64,000 nucleotides of DNA from contig JBDKFG010000015.1 in assembly GCA_039798785.1 (NCBI GenBank), positions 24,595 to 88,594 on the forward strand. The letters are read 5' to 3'. Source of the DNA: Verrucomicrobiota bacterium (GTDB lineage: Bacteria > Verrucomicrobiota > Lentisphaeria > Lentisphaerales > Lentisphaeraceae). Below the pieces are notes generated by a model. It did not search any database. It worked only from the letters and a program-made list of their open reading frames with translations, and was not told the origin of the DNA. The position numbers were made by a program, and so were the translations under genes. Shown one piece after another: positions 45,447-55,414 of the stretch. Each line of letters opens with the position of its first letter. Position 1 is the stretch's first letter.

Positions 45447-47984
45447 ATGCCTCTCCGCTTCTTCCGCGCCGGCGGTCTCGACCAGATCCGCCTCGACACC
45501 GCTGCCGACCTCGCCGCCATCCCGGAACTCGACCAGAAGCTCTGGGTCGCCCTCGCCTGCCCGGTCAAAGGCCTTGAAATCGACGACGCTTCGTTGGCCT
45601 GCCTCGACGGCGATGCTGATGGACGCGTCCGCGCCCCGGACGTCATCAAGGCGATCAAGTTCCTCCAGGATCGCCTCGCCAGCCTCGACCAGGTCATCGC
45701 CCGCAAGGACAGCCTCATCGCCAGCGACTTGAAAAACTCCCCCGCCACAAGCACCCTCCTGGCTGCCCTCGGCGAAGCCCAGCGCCTCGCCAAAAAAGGC
45801 CCAGGCGAAGCGATCTCGATCAAAGACGCCGATGACGCCGTCACCGCCGCCAAGGCAGACCCCTTTAACGGCGACGCCATCCTGGTGCCTGAATCCGCCC
45901 CCGAAGGCGCCCTCCGCAACGCCCTCAGCGACCTCCTAAGCCTCTACCCCGGCAGCGACGACCGCTCCGGCAAGAAGGGCGCCTCGGAGAAGGATGTCGA
46001 AAACTTCCTCGCCGCCCTCGCCGCCTGGAAGACCTGGGAGGACGCCGCCGACACCAAGGTGATGATCCTCGGCGATCTCACCGCCGCGGCCGCCGCCGCG
46101 GTGAGCAAGGTCCAGTCGAAGATCGACGACCACTTCGCCCGCTGTCGCATGGCCGCCTTCGACCCCCGCGCCGCTGCCGCCCTCGGTCTCGACGAAGCCG
46201 CGATCAAGGCCCTCGCCACACAGGCGCTCGGCGCAGACAGCGCCTCGATCGCCGCCCTGCCCCTCGCCGCGGTTGACGCCAACGGCATCCTTCACCTCGA
46301 CAAGGGCATCAACCCCGCCTGGGCCGCTGCCATCGCGAGCTTCCGCAGCAGCGCCGCCGAAGGCAAAAATGTCCTCACCGAAGCCGAGTGGAACGCGATC
46401 AAAAACCGCTTCGACGCCTATGCCAAATGGCTCGCCGCCAAGCCCGCCTTCGATTGCAGCAAGCTCAGCCCCGAACGACGCGCCAACGCCCTGACCAGCA
46501 AGGACGGCCTCGCCGCCCTCTTCGCCCAGGACAAGGCCGCCGCGCCCCGCTACGACGCCCTCAGCGACCTGGTCAAGACCCTCCGCCTCCAGCGCGATCT
46601 CTACCGCCTGGTCAAGAACTTCGTCAACTTCGCCGACTTCTACGCGCCCGGCTGCGACGCCGTCTTCCGCGTCGGCACGCTCTACATCGACGCCCGCGCC
46701 TGCTCCCTCTGCCTGCGCGTCGACGACGCCGGCAAGCACGCCAGCCTCGCCGGCCTCGCCAAGGGCTACCTCGCCTACGTCGATTGCACCCGCAAGGACA
46801 AATCGGCCGAGAAGATCAGCATCGTCGCCCTCTTCGGCGCCGGCGACGGCGACAACCTGATGGCCGGCCGCAACGGAATCTTCTACGACCGCCAGGGCCG
46901 CGACTGGGACGCCACTATCACCAAGATCGTCGACAACCCGATCTCGATCCGCCAGGCCTTCTGGTCTCCCTACAAGAAGCTGGTCCGGATGATCGAAGAG
47001 CAGATCGCCAAACGCGCCGCCGACGCCGACGCCGAGGCCAACTCGAAGCTCACCGCCGCCGCCACCACCGTGGCTCAGGCGGACAAGAAAGCCGCCGACG
47101 AGAAGAAGCCGGCACCCAAGATCGAGCTTGCCACCCTGGCCCTGATCGGTACCGTCATCTCCGGCATCGCCGCGGTGATCGGCGGCTTGCTGCAGGCGCT
47201 CTTCGGCCTCGGCATCCTGATGCCCCTCGGCGTCGTCGGCATCATGCTCGCGGTCTCCGGTCCCTCGATGCTGATCGCCGCCCTGAAGCTGCGCCAGCGC
47301 AACATCGGCCCCCTCCTCGATGCCAACGGCTGGGCGATCAACTCCCGCGTCCGCGTCACCTTCCCGGTCGGCGCCTCGATGACCAAGCTCGCCGCCGTCC
47401 CCCAAGGCGCCGAACTCTCCCTCGTCGACCCCTACGCCGAGAAGAAGTCGATCTGGCCCAAACTCATCGGCTTCGCCACCAGCGTCCTCACCCTCCTCGT
47501 CGGCGCCATCGCCCTCTTCTTCATGCTCTACCACCAGAACTGGCTCGGCAAGCAGAACACCCACGCGATCTACCACCTCGGGCTCCCTGGCCTCGGCATC
47601 CCGCACACCTTGATCAAGGAGCGCACCGAAGCTGAACAGGCTAGAGACGCCTTCATCACCAAGACCACTGAGCTCGTCAATGGCGCCTTGGTGACTCACG
47701 AGGCCAAGCTGATCGCCGCAGAAGCCCGTTATAAATCCGCTCAAGAGGCCCACTCCAAGCTACAAGAAGAGAAAGCAGGCCTCGAGCTGTTTAACAAACA
47801 TCCACCCGCTCAACGCAAGTTGAAAGCGATGATAAACAGCATCGCAAGAGCTGAAATCCAAGAAAATCGCGCAAAGACTGCACTCGATGAAATCGATAAA
47901 AAATATACCGACGCCGAAAACGCCTTCAGCGCCATCGACAAACTCGTCCTCGAGATCGAGAAGGAAGAGATTCCGAAGGACTGA
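45447..47984 (+). CDS. Large conserved hypothetical membrane protein with EF-hand-like loop and C-terminal coiled coil
   Basis: RFFRAGGLDQ, LDQKLWVALACP, DGDADGRV, GRNGIFYDR.G.DWDA and ANGWAIN; about three TM segments. Confidence 0.8.
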   Translation: MPLRFFRAGGLDQIRLDTAADLAAIPELDQKLWVALACPVKGLEIDDASLACLDGDADGRVRAPDVIKAIKFLQDRLASLDQVIARKDSLIASDLKNSPATSTLLAALGEAQRLAKKGPGEAISIKDADDAVTAAKADPFNGDAILVPESAPEGALRNALSDLLSLYPGSDDRSGKKGASEKDVENFLAALAAWKTWEDAADTKVMILGDLTAAAAAAVSKVQSKIDDHFARCRMAAFDPRAAAALGLDEAAIKALATQALGADSASIAALPLAAVDANGILHLDKGINPAWAAAIASFRSSAAEGKNVLTEAEWNAIKNRFDAYAKWLAAKPAFDCSKLSPERRANALTSKDGLAALFAQDKAAAPRYDALSDLVKTLRLQRDLYRLVKNFVNFADFYAPGCDAVFRVGTLYIDARACSLCLRVDDAGKHASLAGLAKGYLAYVDCTRKDKSAEKISIVALFGAGDGDNLMAGRNGIFYDRQGRDWDATITKIVDNPISIRQAFWSPYKKLVRMIEEQIAKRAADADAEANSKLTAAATTVAQADKKAADEKKPAPKIELATLALIGTVISGIAAVIGGLLQALFGLGILMPLGVVGIMLAVSGPSMLIAALKLRQRNIGPLLDANGWAINSRVRVTFPVGASMTKLAAVPQGAELSLVDPYAEKKSIWPKLIGFATSVLTLLVGAIALFFMLYHQNWLGKQNTHAIYHLGLPGLGIPHTLIKERTEAEQARDAFITKTTELVNGALVTHEAKLIAAEARYKSAQEAHSKLQEEKAGLELFNKHPPAQRKLKAMINSIARAEIQENRAKTALDEIDKKYTDAENAFSAIDKLVLEIEKEEIPKD

Positions 47985-48005
47985 CATTTCCCTCTCGGAC
48001 CTTCG

Positions 48006-48030
48006 CGCCCGCCGCAAAACGGCGGGCGTT
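48006..48030 (+). terminator. Putative terminator hairpin
   Basis: CGCCCGCCG-CAAAA-CGGCGGGCG followed by TT. Confidence 0.55.
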
Positions 48031-48137
48031 ATTCATGGCCCGGGATCGACCAATCGAGTCGGGTTCTGCCGCTCGCCGCAAAGCGAGGGTGTGCCGTGGC
48101 TCGCCATCTCAATCTGGAAGCTTGAGCCACGGAGCGA

Positions 48138-48168
48138 GTTCCCTGGGGGCGCCGGCTGCCAGCAGGTT
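48138..48168. repeat. Single REP-like unit
   Basis: gttccctgggggcgccggctgccagcaggtt, near-identical to the unit at 59872. Confidence 0.7.
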
Positions 48169-48173
48169 GCAGT

Positions 48174-49154
48174 TTGCGCTCGTCGCTGGAAATTTTGTCC
48201 CTGCGTCGAACCAGTGAAGCCAAGGCTTCCGGGCAATGGCTTTTTTCCGCCCCCTGGACCGGCTGGCGTCGCGACTTCTTCCTGCTCTGCGAGGAAAATC
48301 CCGAGAAAGTCTTTACCGGCAGTCTCCCTCCCTATCTCGGCCCGGTCGACGCCGCCTGGCTCGCGCGCTTTCCGGCGGAAACCGCGCTCAAGCTGGGGCG
48401 TCCCGATCTGGCTCTCGCCGCCCTCCAGGACCAGCCCGATTCCATCCCTCTCGCCTTCCAGCTTTTCTGGATCGCCCACTCCGCTCCCGCTCCTCACCGC
48501 GACCAGGCTCAGGCCCGCCTGAAGGAAATCGTCGCCCGAATGGAGGAAAACGCCGAGTTCGACCTCGAAACGCCCCAGCTTGCCGCCGCCCTCGCCGCCA
48601 GGCTCCATGGGAAGAAGCTGTCCTTGCGCGACATCCGCGAAATCCAGCACTTGCTGCCGGCCGAAATCGACCGGAAGCACCTGCCGGAATTGTCTCTGCC
48701 GCCGCCGAAGGCGAGTCGCTGTTTTCACGGCTGTTGCATCGAGATCAGTCCTTCCTATTATGAGCAGCTCCGAGCTTTGCGGCAGAGCAAAAAAGCGCCC
48801 CAGCCCGCGCCGATTCCGGAGCTTCAAGACGGCTACTTTGACGGCTTTTTCCAGCCCTCGCGTCAGGAGATCCTCTTGCTGCAACTGGTGATCCGTCCGG
48901 AGCTGATTGCTCAGATCGATCCGGTCACCTTGCACAAGGCGCCCCGGTCCTGCGGCCACTGGCCTCTGGTCAGCCGGAAAAGCGAGGAGCTGAGCAGCAA
49001 CGAAGCGATCTACTGGGCCGTCCATCTCGGCGGCTTGAAGGCGGCCAAGGTCTTGACGGAAAAGACCCGGGCCTGGCCGGAAGCGGAGCGGCGCCTCGTC
49101 GATCTCGCCATCCTCTGCGGCCTCGAGGGCATGCCCGAGGGCTGGGCCCCCTGA
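48174..49154 (+). CDS. Hypothetical protein
   Basis: 326-aa ORF with coding-like GC3 bias; no recognised motif; start uncertain. Confidence 0.6.
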   Translation: MRSSLEILSLRRTSEAKASGQWLFSAPWTGWRRDFFLLCEENPEKVFTGSLPPYLGPVDAAWLARFPAETALKLGRPDLALAALQDQPDSIPLAFQLFWIAHSAPAPHRDQAQARLKEIVARMEENAEFDLETPQLAAALAARLHGKKLSLRDIREIQHLLPAEIDRKHLPELSLPPPKASRCFHGCCIEISPSYYEQLRALRQSKKAPQPAPIPELQDGYFDGFFQPSRQEILLLQLVIRPELIAQIDPVTLHKAPRSCGHWPLVSRKSEELSSNEAIYWAVHLGGLKAAKVLTEKTRAWPEAERRLVDLAILCGLEGMPEGWAP

Positions 49155-49209
49155 ATTGCACTTACTCCGCCGGCTTGGACAGTCGGCCGCCGCAAATCAG
49201 CGGCTGATG

Positions 49210-50097
49210 TCACCCCTCGGGATCGACCGCGATTTCATGGCGTCGGCACCACTTCAGCAGGGCCTGGCGGATGCGCTCGGTTTCGAAGCTCATCCACACC
49301 TTCTGGAGATTCTGGCGGTAGACGAGGTCGTTGAAGCGGCGGTAGCCGCCCTTGCGGCGGAAGTAATCGCGCACCTCTTCCGCCTTGGTGGGGAAATGCT
49401 CGGCAGCGAAATCGACGCAGAGTTCCCAGCCAAGGCTGAGATCCTGGCGATCGGGGAAGTTCAGCGAGCCCTCGAAGGGATCCGGGCCGTCTTCAGACTC
49501 CTCATAAGCCGCCTCCATTTCCTCGATCTCATTGAAATCAGGACCTTGATTCATCAGGACACGCCCCAAGGCTGGGCAGATCATGGCATTCGTCGGGCAC
49601 TCGAAGTTCCTGGTGTTCGAGATGCGTTCATAGGCATCGACGAGATCGGAGAGCGGAATGGGGATCACGCCCTCTTTGACTGGCGGCGTCAGGGCCTCGG
49701 CCACTAGCTTGAGAACGGCTCGCGCCAGCCACATTTCCAGATCCTCCTCTGGATCCCAACCAAGCTTGCGGCAGCCGTCGCCTAGTTTGTAGGCAAAGCT
49801 GGGCGACCAGAAAGGATTGAACAACTCGTCGTAGGACTCAAAATCATCAAAGCCTTCTTCTTCGAAGAATCGCTTCGCCTTCGGCAAGGAAATCCGCATC
49901 GCTTCGGCTTCTCCCGAGCCGCCGCCAAGCAGGAGGTCGCCGGCTTTGCCGTCGAAATCCTCCTCGTCCTCGGGAATATCCTGCTCGAGCAGGTAGATCG
50001 GCAGGCTGCGGGTCGCATTTCCAGCCACCAGGTCGTAGTCGCTGGGGCACTCGAACCAAGCGATGAGACGGTGACGGTAGGAGTCAATGGACGACAT
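49210..50097 (-). CDS. Hypothetical protein with C-terminal UPF0158-like domain
   Basis: PDRQDLSLGWELCVDFA...FRRKGGYRRFNDLV...W..FE......L.KWC..HEI. Confidence 0.7.
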   Translation of the reverse strand: MSSIDSYRHRLIAWFECPSDYDLVAGNATRSLPIYLLEQDIPEDEEDFDGKAGDLLLGGGSGEAEAMRISLPKAKRFFEEEGFDDFESYDELFNPFWSPSFAYKLGDGCRKLGWDPEEDLEMWLARAVLKLVAEALTPPVKEGVIPIPLSDLVDAYERISNTRNFECPTNAMICPALGRVLMNQGPDFNEIEEMEAAYEESEDGPDPFEGSLNFPDRQDLSLGWELCVDFAAEHFPTKAEEVRDYFRRKGGYRRFNDLVYRQNLQKVWMSFETERIRQALLKWCRRHEIAVDPEG

Positions 50098-50149
50098 AAA
50101 AGGCTCCGGATTTGACCGTGGATTGGCCAGGCTTTTGCGCCCGCCGCAC

Positions 50150-50443
50150 TTATTCCGGCGGCAGGGCCGAGGTGTCGGTCTTGTCGCGGAAGCGCCGGAC
50201 GTACCATCGGTAGGTGTTTTCGACCTTGTCGCGGGCCCAGGGGGTCTGGCGCAGGAAGCGCAGGCTGGAGCTGATCGTCGGCAGGTTGTAGAAGCAGCGC
50301 GCCGGGATCATCCGGGAGAGAGCAGGCCAGCCGAAGTAGTCGACCAGTTCGGTGAGGGCTTTTTCAAGCGTGACGCCGTGCATCGGGTCCTTCGATTTGA
50401 AGACCTTGGGAGGCGGCTTCGGCGCGGGGGTTTCGTCGCTCAT
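50150..50443 (-). CDS. VF530/DUF2132 family putative DNA-binding protein
   Basis: DPMHGVTLE, YFGW, CF..PTISSSLRFLRQTPWARDKVE. Confidence 0.9.
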   Translation of the reverse strand: MSDETPAPKPPPKVFKSKDPMHGVTLEKALTELVDYFGWPALSRMIPARCFYNLPTISSSLRFLRQTPWARDKVENTYRWYVRRFRDKTDTSALPPE

Positions 50444-50508
50444 GCGGTTCTCGCTGGGGGTTTCAGGTGCCGGGAAACTTGCCGGGGCTCTGGACTTGTG
50501 CAAGGAGC

Positions 50509-50811
50509 TCACAGCGACAGGTCGTGCATGACCCGGCGCTCGGCGCTGAGGCTGGCGCCGAAAAGCGACATGGCTTCTTCGCGAAGTCGCGGCGCATGAT
50601 CACGCAGATAGTTTTGCAACGCTTCGGGCGAGCTCAGGCTGTATTGGCAGCAGGAGCGGAAGCAGCCGGCGGGCGCATCTTGCACCTGCCAGGTCTTGAC
50701 CCCGGTGAAACCCGGCAGGGCGAAGATCTCGGCGATGTGGCGGCGCAGCCAGGCCCGGTAGCGGATTTCATCTGAGAGGGGAACCGTGGCGGTGACTTCG
50801 TAGACGAGCAT
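50509..50811 (-). CDS. DUF4286 family protein
   Basis: MLVYEVT...W...HI.EI..LPGF...QY......LQNY...HAP.LR.E. Confidence 0.8.
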   Translation of the reverse strand: MLVYEVTATVPLSDEIRYRAWLRRHIAEIFALPGFTGVKTWQVQDAPAGCFRSCCQYSLSSPEALQNYLRDHAPRLREEAMSLFGASLSAERRVMHDLSL

Positions 50812-50986
50812 GGAGACCTCTTGGGTTTGGCTTTTTTGTCATCCTGAAGATAGGCCTCGCAAGCCGCCTCGCCAATCGCGAAGAGAGCGTCATTGACGAT
50901 GAACTGAGAATCCAGTCGATCGCCTCAAAGGCAAAGCGTGCCGGAGTCACCGGCACGCTTCCACTTCCGGAAAATCGGAAAAGATC

Positions 50987-52534
50987 TCACTTCTTCTCTT
51001 CGCGAATCTTCTGAATCAGAGCATCAATCTCGGCCACCTGCTCGAGAAGAGACTTCTTGATCCCTTCCAGCTTGGCAACGCGTGCATCGGCCGGCGCCGC
51101 CTTGGCTTCCGCCGCGGCTTTGCCATCGGCCGGCATTTTCGCCTGCAGACGCTTCATGAAGCCGCTGATGTCTTTCTCCTTCGACGGGAACTGCTTCTTC
51201 ATCTCTTCAAGCTGAACCAGGGCGCCGCTGACATCCTGCTTTCTCAGCAAAGGCTGGACCTTCTGATTGAAGAAGTCGTCGGCGGCAGCCTCTTCGGCAG
51301 CGGCTTTGATCGCAGTGGCAAGATCGTAGCTGCCGTCGACGATCGACTTCAACAGCTCGTTGTTGAGGCCGCTCGGATGGCCGATCCACATCACCTTGCC
51401 CTGATGGACGACGAAGGCTGACGGAATGCCGTTCTGGCCGGCGGCACGCAGCCACTTGTTGGCGATCGTGTCGTCAGCGTCGGCAACGACGTTGTATGCC
51501 ATCTTGTCGCCTTGGGACTCGACAAAAGCCTTGACCTCTTCGGCCTTGCGTCGCTCCCAGACGTTGACGCCGATGAAGGAGATCTTGTCGTTGGCCTTGG
51601 CCAGCTCCGACAGATGCGGGAAGGCGGCGATGCAGGGACCGCACCAGGTGGCCCAACACTCGACCACATAGGTCTTGTCGTCGGCGATGGCGACCGGACC
51701 GCCCTTGTACCATTGGCCGACCTTGAATTCCGGAGCCTTGTCGCCGAGCTTCAAGGGACTGGCCTTGGCCGCTGCTTCGGCGGCTTCCTCCGCTGCCATC
51801 TCGGCTTTGCGGGTGGCAATGCTTTTCTTGAGCGATTCCAGATTCTCCGCCGCCACGGGATTGGCAGCGATCGCCGCATCAATCTGGGCCACGGCGCCGT
51901 CGAAATCGCGCTTGCGCATCAGTCCCTGAACCGATCTCTGGACCTTGCTGACCACTGCGTCGATTTCAAAATGCTTCTTGCTCGCCGCCAGATCGTAGCT
52001 GCCGTCCAGGATGCTGTTGAGAAGCTTGGCTTCGAGCGAACCGGGATGGCCGATCCACATTACCTTACCCTTGTGGACGACAAAGGCGCAGGGGATGCCG
52101 CTGCGACCCGCGGCTTTCAGCCACTTGTCGGCCACCTGGCCCTCGTCGTCGGCTGCGACGTTGTAGCTCATCTTGTCGCCTTGCGAATCGACGAAGGCTT
52201 TCACCTCTTCAGGTTTCTTGCGTTCCCAGACATCGACACCGATGACGGTGATCTTGTCCTTGTACTCCTTCGCCAGCTCCGAAAGATGCGGGAAGGCCGC
52301 GATGCAGGGGCCGCACCAGGTAGCCCAGCACTCAATGATGTAGGTCTTGTCGGCTTCAAGGCTAACAGGACCACCCTTGTACCACTGTTTCAGGCTCAGT
52401 GCCGGCGCGGCGTCGCCGAGAGTCAAAGAATTTTTCGCCGGAGCAGGAGCCGGATTGGGGGCGGGAGTCTCCTGAGCAAGCAGTGAGGAGCTCGCAAGGG
52501 CGAATGCGACGAAGGTTTTGACAAGCATGGGCAA
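50987..52534 (-). CDS. Secreted protein with tandem TlpA/thioredoxin domains
   Basis: Two ECWATWCGPCIAAFPHLSELAK repeats, each followed by GIP and WIGHP; signal peptide. Confidence 0.92.
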   Translation of the reverse strand: MPMLVKTFVAFALASSSLLAQETPAPNPAPAPAKNSLTLGDAAPALSLKQWYKGGPVSLEADKTYIIECWATWCGPCIAAFPHLSELAKEYKDKITVIGVDVWERKKPEEVKAFVDSQGDKMSYNVAADDEGQVADKWLKAAGRSGIPCAFVVHKGKVMWIGHPGSLEAKLLNSILDGSYDLAASKKHFEIDAVVSKVQRSVQGLMRKRDFDGAVAQIDAAIAANPVAAENLESLKKSIATRKAEMAAEEAAEAAAKASPLKLGDKAPEFKVGQWYKGGPVAIADDKTYVVECWATWCGPCIAAFPHLSELAKANDKISFIGVNVWERRKAEEVKAFVESQGDKMAYNVVADADDTIANKWLRAAGQNGIPSAFVVHQGKVMWIGHPSGLNNELLKSIVDGSYDLATAIKAAAEEAAADDFFNQKVQPLLRKQDVSGALVQLEEMKKQFPSKEKDISGFMKRLQAKMPADGKAAAEAKAAPADARVAKLEGIKKSLLEQVAEIDALIQKIREEKK

Positions 52535-52805
52535 CCTTTAGGTTAGGAGTTTATGACAAGAGACAGCCCACAATTGACGCGTCATGCCGCCGTTTTATTG
52601 CAGGCGTTTGTTTTTTTGATCTGGCTCACTCCTAATCAAGCTTGACTCCCTCATCTCTCCCAACTCCCTTTTCCCTATCTCCCTAAAAATCAGCTCGAAT
52701 GCCTCTCATTCCAAGCCCAATTCGGGGGCTTTGCCTCCTGCAATCTTGCAGTCGTGAAGGCGTATGGATATACTGGCCCACACCCCAAAAGCTTAGAAGA
52801 TCGAA

Positions 52806-54080
52806 GTGAAATCGAAAATCCTCCACTTTCTCAGTCGTTATTCCGCTTGGCGTTGGGCCGGGATAATCCTGACCATCTGCTTCTTCGGCAACCTCCTCCT
52901 GGCTCTCCGTGATGAGCCGCTCAAAGAGCGCAGCGCCTTGGCTTATGCAGCACCGCTGATCCCCGCCGAAAAAAACGCGTTCTCCAGGGTGAAAAACCAC
53001 GCGGCCTTCGTCAACCTGAATAGCGAGCTGGACTCCTTCTCAAAATCCAGAGTCGCTCGGAGTCCTCAGGAATTTCTCAATCAAAAATCCGAAGCCTACC
53101 AGATTCTGCACGAGATTCTCGCCAATCAGCAAATCATCATCGGCTCTGACTCTCCGGAAATTTTCAAAATCATCCGCTTTGAAGCCAGTCATCTGGAGCA
53201 ACAAGGGAATTATGAAGAGGCTCTGAAGTTGATGATCGATCTCGATCAATACCTATCGCGCATGATGAATTATCAGCACTCAAAAATTTATACGCTTGAA
53301 TCGGAATGCCAATTAAACGCGCAACTAATGTCGAAAACATTATCAAAATCTATTGATGTAAAATTAATATCGAAAATCATTAATATAAAAAGAACTGAAG
53401 AGGATTGGATTAATCTTCATCTGAATACAATCAAAAGAAACAATCAAGAATTTGAAAGATCACTTGAAAAAGCAATGAATAACGATTATGACAACAAATA
53501 CTTTTGGTGCATAGATCCAAAATTCCGAATTTGCAACGGCATTTTTCTTAAAAAGAACAAAACTCTCAATCTGCAAATCGACTATGCTACAGACCTGATC
53601 AATCTCGCAAAAACTAAAAAAGGTTATCTAAGCGAGATGCTTTACATACAGCAATACACTCAACATTTGGATTCGTTGCCCTATAAGACATTCAATTCCT
53701 TGAGAAAACTGAATGCAAACGGCTTCATGGCGACCAATGAGTGGTACCTCGATCAGCTGATGTCTTCAACTCTGAAGGCCAGGACGACGGATCAGGAATT
53801 GAAGATTATCGCGGCCTTGAGGCTGCATGAGTTGGAGCTAGGGCGGCTGCCCGAGAAACTGGAGGATCTGGTTCCCGCCTACCTGCCGGAAGTCCCTCTC
53901 AATCCGATCAACGGGCAGGCCTTTATCTACTCCGCCAAAGAACGGCGAATCTACGGCATCGATGCACGCTGCACCCAGTCCGTGATCGGCACCTCCCTCG
54001 GGCTCGGAGAAGCGCCTGCCAGCTCGACGCCAAGCGCCAAAAGCCCGGTATCTTCTGCACCGCCCCAACCAGCCCCGTGA
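52806..54080 (+). CDS. Membrane-anchored hypothetical protein with a pseudopilin-G-like C-terminal motif and AT-rich core
   Basis: N-terminal TM; ALRLHELELGRLPEKLEDLVPAYLPEVPLNPINGQAFIY near the C-terminus. Confidence 0.7.
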   Translation: MKSKILHFLSRYSAWRWAGIILTICFFGNLLLALRDEPLKERSALAYAAPLIPAEKNAFSRVKNHAAFVNLNSELDSFSKSRVARSPQEFLNQKSEAYQILHEILANQQIIIGSDSPEIFKIIRFEASHLEQQGNYEEALKLMIDLDQYLSRMMNYQHSKIYTLESECQLNAQLMSKTLSKSIDVKLISKIINIKRTEEDWINLHLNTIKRNNQEFERSLEKAMNNDYDNKYFWCIDPKFRICNGIFLKKNKTLNLQIDYATDLINLAKTKKGYLSEMLYIQQYTQHLDSLPYKTFNSLRKLNANGFMATNEWYLDQLMSSTLKARTTDQELKIIAALRLHELELGRLPEKLEDLVPAYLPEVPLNPINGQAFIYSAKERRIYGIDARCTQSVIGTSLGLGEAPASSTPSAKSPVSSAPPQPAP

Positions 54081-54086
54081 GCCGCG

Positions 54087-55298
54087 ATGCACCCCTCGCT
54101 CGAGAAAGTCCCCGATTTCAGCCAAGCCCTAGGCATTCCCGTCTACGTCGTCGGAGGCGCCGTTCGCGACGCCCTTCTTGATCGTCCGATCGCCGACATC
54201 GACATCGCCTCGGCTTTGCATCCGCAGGAGTTCAAGCTGCGCTGCCGCCGCCTCGGCTGGCACACCATCGACACCGGCATCGAGCATGGCACCGTGACGG
54301 TGCTGGTCGAAGGCATCGCCTATGAACACACCACCTTCCGCCTCGACGTCTCTTGCGACGGACGCAACGCGACGATCCGTTTCTCCGACACCATCGAAGA
54401 GGACCTGTCGCGGCGCGATTTCACCATCAACGCCATGGCTTGGCGTCCAGGGGAATTCGTCGACCCCTTCGGCGGGCGGGGCGATCTGATTGACCACCGG
54501 ATTTTGCGTTGCGTCGGGGATCCGTCGCAACGTTTCGCCGAGGACAAGCTGAGGATCGTCCGGGCCGCCCGTTTCGCCGCGCGTTTCAGCCTTCTGGTCT
54601 CGCCCGATCTGGCGCCGGCGGCGCGCCTCCTGGCCCCCAACTACGCCGTCCACGTCTCGCCGGAGAGAAGCGCCGCGGAAACCTTCAAGGCGCGCCTGCA
54701 CGGCCCCGAATACCTCCGCCACTGCCGCGATTTCGGCGTCCTCGAGCATCTCGTTCCAGCCGCGGCCGGGATCGACGACGACGCCTTCGAGGAGTGGATC
54801 ACCCTTCTGTCGCGCGCTTGCGTCCACTCCGAAGAAGCCTGGTTTGCGGCGCTCGCCTCGGCGCGCCCGGACCAGGGGCCGCAGGTGGCGGCCGAATCCT
54901 TGGCCGAGCACCTGAGATTGAGCACCAGGCTGAAACGGGCCGCGATGCAGATGCTGCAGCTTTCGCCACACTTGAATGCCGCCTCGGAAGGTGCGGCGAC
55001 GCTGCGCCGGCTGATCGAGGCCGCCGGCCCGAACTGGCCGCATGTCCGGGATTACGCCCTCGAGGTCCTGCCCTCGCGCGCCGCCTTGCGGCAGCGACTC
55101 TTCGAGCACGAGGGCGCCGCCCTCGCCGCCCTCGCGACGCCGATCGTCAATGGCGCCACTCTCTCAAGGCTCGGATTGAAGCCATCGCCGCTCTTCAAGG
55201 AACTGATCGCCTGGGCCGGCGACCGCCAAGCCGAAGGAATGAAGCAGGAGGAACTGCTGCGACTCCTGCAGGAGAAATTGCGTCGACCCGAAGCTTGA
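54087..55298 (+). CDS. CCA tRNA nucleotidyltransferase / poly(A) polymerase family
   Basis: VVGGAVRD, DIDIA, TGIEHGT, TTFR.D, DLSRRDFTINAMA and RFAEDKLR. Confidence 0.92.
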   Translation: MHPSLEKVPDFSQALGIPVYVVGGAVRDALLDRPIADIDIASALHPQEFKLRCRRLGWHTIDTGIEHGTVTVLVEGIAYEHTTFRLDVSCDGRNATIRFSDTIEEDLSRRDFTINAMAWRPGEFVDPFGGRGDLIDHRILRCVGDPSQRFAEDKLRIVRAARFAARFSLLVSPDLAPAARLLAPNYAVHVSPERSAAETFKARLHGPEYLRHCRDFGVLEHLVPAAAGIDDDAFEEWITLLSRACVHSEEAWFAALASARPDQGPQVAAESLAEHLRLSTRLKRAAMQMLQLSPHLNAASEGAATLRRLIEAAGPNWPHVRDYALEVLPSRAALRQRLFEHEGAALAALATPIVNGATLSRLGLKPSPLFKELIAWAGDRQAEGMKQEELLRLLQEKLRRPEA

Positions 55299-55414
55299 GT
55301 CGTTGCCTGCCTACGAGGTCAATCACTTGAAATCACATACGGAATCGTCTCAATCGCCTTGAAATATCCAGGGCCGACTTGCCTGCGAGTCGGAATGAGT
55401 GTTATAATCGCAGC

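Noticed and set aside
52806..54080. Diversity-generating retroelement target
   Set aside because: No reverse transcriptase and no template/variable repeat pair in the window.
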